This document shows, piece by piece, positions 38,296 through 45,830 of a DNA stretch of 64,000 bases. The stretch comes from a bacterium (GTDB taxonomy: Bacteria; SAR324; NAC60-12), in contig CBDDTI010000295.1 of the NCBI GenBank assembly GCA_965233585.1, positions 32,001-96,000 of the forward strand. The letters run 5' to 3'. Under the pieces are notes generated by a model that was not told where the DNA came from, did not search any database, and worked only from the letters and a program-made list of their open reading frames with translations. The position numbers and the translations under genes are program-made. The first letter of the stretch is position 1. The number at the start of each line of letters is the position of its first letter.

Positions 38296-40464
38296 CTAAA
38301 AATAAGACCAAGACGAACACCCATTGGAATTGCATGCCTTGACTCTATCGTATTTTGTACTTGAAGAAAATGAGGTAACTGACTTATTCGCACTTCTCCC
38401 ATAATAGTCCACCACATAGTAAGTAGCTCCTGAAACAGATGACCAACTGTAAGAAAAGCTAGCCCAACTAGCAGTCCTGCTAGCATTTTTTGGAGCAGAT
38501 GGAGCTGGAGGTTTGGGAGTTGTAATAGAAGGAGTATTAGACCAAGAACAACTACCACCAGAATTGCAAGTTTGAACTCGGTAATAATATTTTGTATTTG
38601 CACTTGCAGACGTATCTGTGACGTTCGGTGTGGTCTCTGTTGAAACCTTTGTATCAGAGTCTGTCACAGTGCTACTGGTGTCTCTGTAAATATGATACTT
38701 AGATGCACCAGAAACTCCAGACCATGAAACCCTCACTTTTCCTTTATTGCTACCACTGGAAAGAGTAGACAAACTAATGCTGACAGCAGAAGGTGGAGTT
38801 TTAATAGAAGGAGCATTAGACCATGAACAACTGCCACTAGAATTACAAGTTTGGACTCGGTAATAGTAGGTTGTGTTGGCATTATTCAAAGAAGAAGTAT
38901 CTGTGACGTTCGGTGTGGTCTCTGTTGAGATCTTTCTATCAGAATCTGTCACAGTGCTACCGGTGTCTCTATAAATGTGATATTTAGATGCACCTGAGAC
39001 TGCAGACCAAGTTACCCTCACTTGTCCACTGTCAAGAATAGACAAACTGATGCTGACAGCAGAAGGTGGAGACTTAATAGATTTCGCTGCAGATTTTGCA
39101 GAACAACCTGCCGCATTACAAGCATCTATTTTGTAGTAATAGGTTGTATTGGGGGTGGCAGAGGTGTCTGTTTTGTCTGGTGAGTTCTCTGTGCTAATTT
39201 TAGAGAATCCACTGTTTGCATTGGTGCTTCTGTAAACATTGTAGCTGGTCGCTCCAGTCATACTATCCCAGTCTATTCTGACTTTTCCTGCATCACCACT
39301 ACTAGCACCGAATATAAAAACCCTTTTGATTGTAGGAGTAGGAAACGCACTTGGTAAATTGACACCATCAGAAACCACGGAAAGAGATGAACAACCTGCA
39401 ACGTTACATGCCTTCACTTTGTAGTAATAAGTTGCCCCTCTGGTTGCTGTGTCTGTGTGAGTTGTGCCTGAATTGACCGTTCCTACTTTGGAGCTAAATG
39501 AACCACCACTGCTTGTGTCCCGATACACTTCATAAGTAGTCGCCCCAGTTTCCCCACTCCAAGACACCGTGATTGTTGTTGCAGAGGCTTTTGCTGCTGT
39601 CGGCTTGCTAGGTGCATTGGGTTTGGACACTGCCCCCGGTAAATTGACACCAGCAGAAGCAACAGAAAGAGATGAACAACCTGACGCATTGCATGCCTTC
39701 ACTTTGTAGTAATAAGTTGCCCCTCTGGGTGCTGTATCTGTGTAAGATGTGCCTGAATTGACCGTTCCTACTTTGGAGCTAAAGGAACCACCACCGCTTG
39801 TGTCCCGATACACTTCATAACTTGTTGCTCCAGTTTTTGCACTCCAAGACACTGTGATTGTTGTTGCAGAGGCTTTCGCAGCAGTCGGTTGAGATGGACT
39901 GCTAGGTGCAGAACCAGATGGAGAATCAGACGGAGAACTCGGAGACGAAGGAGAGCCAGATGGAGAATCAGACGGAGAACTGGAAGGGGAACGTGGAGAA
40001 GATGGCAGACTAGCAGGAATAACCTTGAAATCTTCACTAAATTTAGCACTTAGCACCCTACCTGACACTTTGCCTGAACCTAATTTTAATCCCTTGACCT
40101 GTACTTTCTTTTCAAAATCTGACTTCTTGTCTAAAATCAAAATCAAAGAACCCTTCTCTGCCTCAGAATCTAATTTGCCATCTTCCTTGTAAACTTTGAT
40201 AGAAATCAGGTCTTTGTTATACTGGACTTTTAACTTCTTGCCTTGATAAAGAGAGCCGATGTTTGTGCAACTGATCTTTGCCTCTTTCACAACATCTTTT
40301 TGCAACGTTCCTTTTGCACTCAAATCACATTGAGGCTTTTCTGAACTCTGTGCGTCGTCTTCACTGCTTTCTCCTGCTGGAGGTTGACAAGCCACGAACA
40401 CAAACATCAACAATCCAAACGGAAGTTTCCATAACTTCCACGATTTCTTTGCTTCTCCAAACAT
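38296..40464 (-). CDS. FN3-repeat lipoprotein, array copy 3 (722 aa)
   Basis: FVAC lipobox, longest Ser/Pro linker, FN3 repeats, C-terminus RVKACNSNGCSSWSYF. Confidence 0.88.
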   Translation of the reverse strand: MFGEAKKSWKLWKLPFGLLMFVFVACQPPAGESSEDDAQSSEKPQCDLSAKGTLQKDVVKEAKISCTNIGSLYQGKKLKVQYNKDLISIKVYKEDGKLDSEAEKGSLILILDKKSDFEKKVQVKGLKLGSGKVSGRVLSAKFSEDFKVIPASLPSSPRSPSSSPSDSPSGSPSSPSSPSDSPSGSAPSSPSQPTAAKASATTITVSWSAKTGATSYEVYRDTSGGGSFSSKVGTVNSGTSYTDTAPRGATYYYKVKACNASGCSSLSVASAGVNLPGAVSKPNAPSKPTAAKASATTITVSWSGETGATTYEVYRDTSSGGSFSSKVGTVNSGTTHTDTATRGATYYYKVKACNVAGCSSLSVVSDGVNLPSAFPTPTIKRVFIFGASSGDAGKVRIDWDSMTGATSYNVYRSTNANSGFSKISTENSPDKTDTSATPNTTYYYKIDACNAAGCSAKSAAKSIKSPPSAVSISLSILDSGQVRVTWSAVSGASKYHIYRDTGSTVTDSDRKISTETTPNVTDTSSLNNANTTYYYRVQTCNSSGSCSWSNAPSIKTPPSAVSISLSTLSSGSNKGKVRVSWSGVSGASKYHIYRDTSSTVTDSDTKVSTETTPNVTDTSASANTKYYYRVQTCNSGGSCSWSNTPSITTPKPPAPSAPKNASRTASWASFSYSWSSVSGATYYVVDYYGRSANKSVTSFSSSTKYDRVKACNSNGCSSWSYF

Positions 40465-40507
40465 CTCTTTTCTCCTGTATTTTGGGTCTAGGCAATAAAA
40501 TGGGTCT

Positions 40508-40537
40508 ATTCTACCCAAGACTCACAGAGAATGTCAA
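40508..40537 (-). promoter_or_regulatory. Duplicated sigma70 promoter of copy 3
   Basis: TTGACA-N18-TAGAAT. Confidence 0.7.
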
Positions 40538-40671
40538 TGAAAATTTTGATACAAAGTTGATGTGTCTCAACCCATGTTGTGAATTAAGCAGTGACTTGAA
40601 CCTTCCTTTGCCAAAGAAGTGTATTGAGAATGTCATACAAAGTAGGGACAACAACGAAGTGAGAAGAAAAG

Positions 40672-40747
40672 AACCCAGCCTTTTTGCAAAAGCTAGGCTT
40701 GGGATTTTAGAATTGAGAACCCCCTAGCCTTCTTGCAAAAGGCTAGG
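40672..40747 (-). terminator. Twin GCAA-loop hairpins after copy 4
   Basis: Same paired inverted repeats. Confidence 0.7.
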
Positions 40748-40759
40748 AAAAGGGAGAGA

Positions 40760-40807
40760 TTAGAAAATAGTCCAATCAGAACCCCCAATGGCATTGCATG
40801 CCCTGAG
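40760..40807 (-). pseudogene. Stranded C-terminal remnant of copy 4
   Basis: Translates to LRACNAIGGSDWTIF-stop, matching the other copies' C-termini, but lies out of frame after the copy 4 stop. Confidence 0.8.
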
Positions 40808-40811
40808 TTTA

Positions 40812-42416
40812 TTATGGAGTCCTAACAGAGACAGTATTAGACCAAGAGCAACTTCCGCTAGAATTACAAGTTTGAACTCGGTAATAGTATATTGTATTTC
40901 TATTTAATCTGGCTCTGTCTACGACGTTGGGTGTGGTCTCTGTTGAAACCTTTGTATCAGAATCTGTCACGGTGCTACTGGTGTCTCTATAAATGTGATA
41001 TTTAGATGCACCTGAGACTGCAGACCAAGTGATCTTCGGTCTTGAGTTATACAAATTCACAAAATGCATAGATCCGCTGATGCTGGCAGCAGAAGGTGGA
41101 GATTTAATAGATTTCGCTGCAGATTTTGCAGAACAGCCTCCCGCGTTACAAGCATCTATTTTGTAGTAATAGGTTGTATTGGCGGAGGCAGTGGTGTCTG
41201 TCTTGTCTGGTGAGTTCTCTGTGCTAATTTTAGAGAATCCACTGTTTGCATTGGTGCTTCTGTAAACATTGTAGCTTGTCGCTCCAGTCACGCTATCCCA
41301 GTCTATTCTGACTTTTCCTGCATCACCACCACTAGCACCGAGTATGAAAACCCTTTTGATTGCTGGGGTTGGAGGAGGCATTGCAACACCAGTAGAAGCA
41401 ACAGAAAGAGATGAACAACCTGCTGCGTTGCATGCCTTCACTTTGTAGTAATAAGTTGCCCCGCCGGGTGCTGTATCTGTGTGAGTTGTGCCTGAATTGA
41501 CCGTTCCTACTTTGGAGCTAAAGGAACCACCACTGCTTGTGTCCCGATACACTTCATAAGTTGTTGCCCCAGTTGCTGCACTCCAAGATACCGTGATTGT
41601 CGTTGCAGAGGCTTTCACCGCTGTCGGCTTGCTAGGTGCATTGGGTTTGGACACTGCCCCCGGTAAATTCACACCAGCAGAAACCACGGAAAGAGATGAA
41701 CAACCTGCCGCATTGCATGCCTTCACTTTGTAGTAATAAGTTGCCCCTCTGGGTGCTGTATCTGTGTAAGTCGTGCCTGAATTGACCGTTCCTACTTTGG
41801 AGCTAAAGGAACCACCACCGCTTGTGTCCCGATACACTTCATAACTGGTTGCTCCAGACACTGCACTCCAAGACACTGTGATTGTTGTCGCAGAAGCTTT
41901 CACTGCTGTCGGTTGAGATGGACTACTAGGTGCAGAACCAGATGGCGAATCAGACGGAGAACTGGCAGGAACAACCTTGAAGTCTTCACTAAATCTGGCG
42001 CTTAACACCCTGCCTGACACCTTGCCTGTTCCCATTTTTAAACCCTTAACCTGTACCTTCTTTTCAAAATCTGACTTCTTGTCTAAAATCAAAATCAAAG
42101 ATCCCGTCTCTGCTTCAGAGTCTAATTTGCCATCTTTCTTATAGGCTTTGATAGAAATCAGGTCTTTGTTATACTGGACTTTTAACTTCTTACCTTGATA
42201 AAGAGAGCCGATATTTGTGCAACTGATCTTTGCCTCTTTCACAACATCTTTTTGCAACGTCCCCTTTGCACTCAAATCACATTGAGGCTTTTCTGAACTC
42301 TGTGTGTCGTCTTCACTGCTTTCTTCTGCTGGCGGTCGGCAAGCCACAAATACAGACATTACCAACACAAACGAAAGTTTCCACAACTTCCACGATTTTT
42401 TGACTTCTCCAAACAT
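40812..42416 (-). CDS. FN3-repeat lipoprotein, array copy 4 (534 aa; C-terminally truncated)
   Basis: Same N-terminus and stalk; only one distal FN3 and no tip domain. Confidence 0.85.
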   Translation of the reverse strand: MFGEVKKSWKLWKLSFVLVMSVFVACRPPAEESSEDDTQSSEKPQCDLSAKGTLQKDVVKEAKISCTNIGSLYQGKKLKVQYNKDLISIKAYKKDGKLDSEAETGSLILILDKKSDFEKKVQVKGLKMGTGKVSGRVLSARFSEDFKVVPASSPSDSPSGSAPSSPSQPTAVKASATTITVSWSAVSGATSYEVYRDTSGGGSFSSKVGTVNSGTTYTDTAPRGATYYYKVKACNAAGCSSLSVVSAGVNLPGAVSKPNAPSKPTAVKASATTITVSWSAATGATTYEVYRDTSSGGSFSSKVGTVNSGTTHTDTAPGGATYYYKVKACNAAGCSSLSVASTGVAMPPPTPAIKRVFILGASGGDAGKVRIDWDSVTGATSYNVYRSTNANSGFSKISTENSPDKTDTTASANTTYYYKIDACNAGGCSAKSAAKSIKSPPSAASISGSMHFVNLYNSRPKITWSAVSGASKYHIYRDTSSTVTDSDTKVSTETTPNVVDRARLNRNTIYYYRVQTCNSSGSCSWSNTVSVRTP

Positions 42417-42458
42417 TGCTTCTCTCCTGTAATTGAGTTTAAAAAATAAAATGGGTCT

Positions 42459-42488
42459 ATTCTACCCAAAACTCACAGAGAATGTCAA
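42459..42488 (-). promoter_or_regulatory. Duplicated sigma70 promoter of copy 4
   Basis: TTGACA-N18-TAGAAT; the IS1 begins 11 bp upstream of the -35 box. Confidence 0.65.
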
Positions 42489-42499
42489 GAAAAATTTTG

Positions 42500-43259
42500 G
42501 GCATTGTTAAGTAATAAGTGATAGCTGATTATTCCGTTTTGCCATGAACAAAAGAACAGAATATTGTAATGCTTTAAGAGACTTGCTGTAACATTTGGTT
42601 TTCCTTCTCATTCTTGCCAAGAAATGTCTCAAGAGAGAATTATACCCTTCTATCGTGTATGTTTCTGCCTTGGAACATGTATGAATTTCTTTGGGAATGA
42701 CTTGTTTGTAAGCCTTGCAGTGATCAGTCATCACCTGAAGAGGTTTTGTTTCCTTGACCTTGTCCCATAAATGCCTACAGGCTTTTGAGTCTCTGTTTCC
42801 AAGCACATAATTGATAAATTGCTTCCCACGTCTATCAACAGCAATCCAGAGCCAGCAGTAGTTTTTTTTGACTGGATGTAGGTGTGCATTTCATCAATTT
42901 CCATAATTTCAATGTCTGTGTCCTTTCTTAATGCCTTGAGCTGTTCGCCAAAACTACAGACCCAATTATAAACTGAAACATGAGAACAATTCAGCAAACG
43001 ACCGATTGACCTGAAACCAAGACCCTCCAAATACAACTCTAATGCTCTTCTTTTGATCTGTGGTGAGATTTGACCACGATAGGACTTGGTATATTGATAG
43101 TTGCAGGCATTGCAACGCCTCCTCGGTTTACCATATAAAAAACCATTCTTAACCGTCTTCTCACTTTCACATCTAGGACACAACTTCATTGCTACACCAT
43201 GACTATCAATTCAATTAAATGAAATTAATATCGCATATCACTTATAGTTTAACAATACC
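42500..43259 (-). mobile_element. IS1-family insertion sequence (760 bp)
   Basis: Terminal inverted repeats GGCATTGTTAAGTAATAAGTGATA / GGTATTGTTAAACTATAAGTGATA (20/24). 8-bp target duplication AAATTTTG at 42492-42499 and 43260-43267. insA/insB-type ORFs inside. Confidence 0.95.
42507..43189 (-). CDS. IS1 transposase InsAB via -1 programmed frameshift
   Basis: InsA zinc finger CPRC...CNAC plus HTH. A8C slippery run at 42861-42869. The -1 frame reads KNYCWLWIAVDR...MTDH...IEGYN, completing the DDE triad with EIDEM. Confidence 0.9.
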
Positions 43260-43389
43260 AAATTTTGATATAGAGTTGATGATTCAATCCATGTTGTGCA
43301 TCAAGCGGTTACTTTAGCTTTCCTTTGCCAAAGAGGTGTATTGAGAATGTCATACAAATTGGGGACAACAATGAGAGTAAGAAGAAAAG

Positions 43390-43507
43390 AACCCAACTTT
43401 TTTGCAAAGCTAGGTTTGAGATTTGGACAGCTTTTTTGTAAAAGCTAGAAAAGCTAGGTTTGAGATTTGGAATTGAAAAACCCTAGCCCTTTTGCAAAAG
43501 GCTAGGG
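43390..43507 (-). terminator. Hairpin set after copy 5, with a partial internal duplication
   Basis: Same hairpins; AAGCTAGGTTTGAGATTTGG occurs twice. Confidence 0.65.
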
Positions 43508-43517
43508 AAGGGAGAGA

Positions 43518-45638
43518 TTAGAAAAACGTCCAATCAGAACAACCTGCCAAGTTACATGATCTGACAAAGGCATATGAGTTGGTAGATATAATCTTGGTGG
43601 ATGTGGTACGTCTTATTGAAAAGTCACGAGTGTCCATCAACTGATAGTAAGAAGCCCCTGAGACTGCAGACCAAGAATAGGTATTTCCCCTATGCTTAGC
43701 ATTGGTTGGCTTAGCTGGAGCAGTAGAAAGCAGTGTAATAGATTCAGTGCTAGACCACGAACAAACACCACCAGAATTACAAGTTTGGACTCGGTAGTAG
43801 TAGGTTTTATCCGTACTGACAGAAGTATCTGTGACGTTTGGTGTGGTCTCGGTTGAAACCTTGTGGTCTGATCCACCTACACGGCTATCGGTATCTCTGT
43901 AAATGTGATATTTAGACGCACCTGAAACCCCAGACCAAGTCACCCTCACTTTTCCTGCATTAGGACCACTGTCAAGAATAGACAAACTGATGCTGACAGG
44001 TGGAGGTCCAGTTTTAACAGAAGCCGTGTTAGACCATGAACAACTACCGCTAGAATTACAAGTTTGGATTCGGTAATAGTGGGTTGTATTGGGACTTGGG
44101 TCATCTAGGGTGTCTGGTGAGGTCACAGTTGAAACCTTTCTATCAGAGTCTGTTACAGTGCTGGTGGTGTCTGTATAAATGTGATATTTAGATGCACCTG
44201 AAACCCTAGACCATGTCACAAATACATTTCCATTGACAAAAAGAGACAAACTGATGCTGGCAGGAGAAGGTGGAGACTTAATAGATTTTGCAACAGATTG
44301 ATCAGAACACCCTGCTGCATTACAAGCATCTATCTTGTAGTAATAGGTTGTGTTAGGGGAGGCAGTGGTGTCTGTCTTGTCTGGTGTGTTCTCTGTGCCA
44401 ATTTTAAAGAATCCAAAGCTTGCACGGGTGCTTCTATAAACATTGTAGCTGGTCGCTCCAGTCACGCTATCCCAGTCTATTCTGATCTTTCCTGCACTAG
44501 CATCATCAGCACCAAGTATGAAAACGCTCTTGATTGCTGGGATTGGAGGGGGCAGTGCAACACTAGCAGAAACAACAGAAAGAGATGAGCAACCTGCCAC
44601 ATTGCATGCCTTCACTTTGTAGTAGTAAGTCACCCCGCCGGGTACTGTATCTGTGTAAGCCGTTCCTGAATTGACCGTTCCTACTTTGGAACTAAATGAA
44701 CCACCGCTACTTGTGTCACGATACACTTCATAGCTTGTTGCTCCAGACGCTGCACTCCAAGACACCGTGGTTGCCGTCGCTGAGGCTTTCACCGCTGTCA
44801 GCTTGCTAGGTGCATTGGGTTTTGACAACGCCCCCGACAAATTCACGCCAGCAGAAATAACAGAAAGAGATGAACAACCTGCCGCATTGCATGCCTTCAC
44901 TTTGTAGTAATAAGTTGCCCCTCTAGGTGCTGTATCTGTGTAAGTCGTGCCTGAATTGACTGTCGCTACTTTGGAACTAAATAAACCACCGCTACTTGTG
45001 TCGCTATACACCTCATAACTGGTTGCTCCAGAAACTGCACTCCAAGACACCGTGATTGTTGTTGCAGAGGCTTTCGCTGCTGTCGGTTGAGATGGACTGC
45101 TAGGTGCAGAACCAGATGGCGAATCAGACGGAGAACTTGGTGATGAAGGTGAGCCAGACGGAGAACTTGGAGATGATGGCAGGCTAGCAGGAACAACCTT
45201 GAAGTCTGCATTAAATCTAGCACTCAATACTTTACCTGTCACCTTGCCTGAACCCAGTTTTAAACCCTTGACTTGGACTTTCTTCTCAAAATCTGACTTC
45301 TTATCTAAAATCAAAATCAAAGACCCTGTCTCTGCCTCAGAATCTACTTTGCCATCTTCCTTGTAAACTTTGATAGAAATCAGGTCTTTTTTGTACTGAA
45401 CTTTTAGCTTCTTACCCTGATAAAGGGAATTGATGTTGGAACAACTAATCTTTGCCTCTTTCGCAACATCTTTTTGCAACGTCCCTTCCGCACTAAAGTT
45501 ACATTGGGGCTTCTCTGAACTCTGTGTGCTTTCTTCGCTACTTTCTTCTGCTGGCGGTTGACAAGCCACAAACACAGACATCACTAATCCAAACGAAAGT
45601 TTCCATAATTTCGGAGACTTCTTTACTTCTTCAAACAT
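43518..45638 (-). CDS. FN3-repeat lipoprotein, array copy 5 (706 aa; first in transcription order)
   Basis: FVAC lipobox, AAGGAGG RBS, FN3 repeats, C-terminus VRSCNLAGCSDWTFF. Confidence 0.88.
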   Translation of the reverse strand: MFEEVKKSPKLWKLSFGLVMSVFVACQPPAEESSEESTQSSEKPQCNFSAEGTLQKDVAKEAKISCSNINSLYQGKKLKVQYKKDLISIKVYKEDGKVDSEAETGSLILILDKKSDFEKKVQVKGLKLGSGKVTGKVLSARFNADFKVVPASLPSSPSSPSGSPSSPSSPSDSPSGSAPSSPSQPTAAKASATTITVSWSAVSGATSYEVYSDTSSGGLFSSKVATVNSGTTYTDTAPRGATYYYKVKACNAAGCSSLSVISAGVNLSGALSKPNAPSKLTAVKASATATTVSWSAASGATSYEVYRDTSSGGSFSSKVGTVNSGTAYTDTVPGGVTYYYKVKACNVAGCSSLSVVSASVALPPPIPAIKSVFILGADDASAGKIRIDWDSVTGATSYNVYRSTRASFGFFKIGTENTPDKTDTTASPNTTYYYKIDACNAAGCSDQSVAKSIKSPPSPASISLSLFVNGNVFVTWSRVSGASKYHIYTDTTSTVTDSDRKVSTVTSPDTLDDPSPNTTHYYRIQTCNSSGSCSWSNTASVKTGPPPVSISLSILDSGPNAGKVRVTWSGVSGASKYHIYRDTDSRVGGSDHKVSTETTPNVTDTSVSTDKTYYYRVQTCNSGGVCSWSSTESITLLSTAPAKPTNAKHRGNTYSWSAVSGASYYQLMDTRDFSIRRTTSTKIISTNSYAFVRSCNLAGCSDWTFF

Positions 45639-45830
45639 GACTTCCTCCTTACTTCTAATTTAATGAACAAAAAATAAATAAAAAATGAAATTACATTTTA
45701 CATGGTTTTTAGGACGGTTCAAATAAAAAATAATTTTTTATTGTTTTTACAAAAAATTCTTCTGCAGGAAGAGACTTCAGACGATTCATCAAAGTCTTGT
45801 ATGATGACAAGTCTCAAAGGCAGACTTGAA

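Noticed and set aside
35284..40518. N-terminal extensions of array copies 1-3 given by the ORF track (starts 35313, 38077, 40518)
   Set aside because: They run into the leader or -10 box. The shared MF(G/E) start has an RBS and matches copies 4 and 5.
19944..42488. Lineage-wide preference for 18-bp promoter spacers
   Set aside because: Four of the five examples are duplicates of one promoter, and other candidate promoters have 16 or 17 bp.
33042..43517. Integron cassette array or shufflon
   Set aside because: No integrase or invertase, no attC RYYYAAC/GTTRRRY boxes recognised, all genes are same-strand paralogues with their own promoters, and no inverted segments are present.
33042..45638. 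Diversity-generating retroelement acting on the FN3 tips (variable C-termini with a hairpin just after the stop)
   Set aside because: No reverse transcriptase or template repeat in the window. Tip differences include indels and synonymous C/T changes that do not look adenine-restricted. A remote DGR cannot be fully excluded without a genome-wide search for an RT and template.
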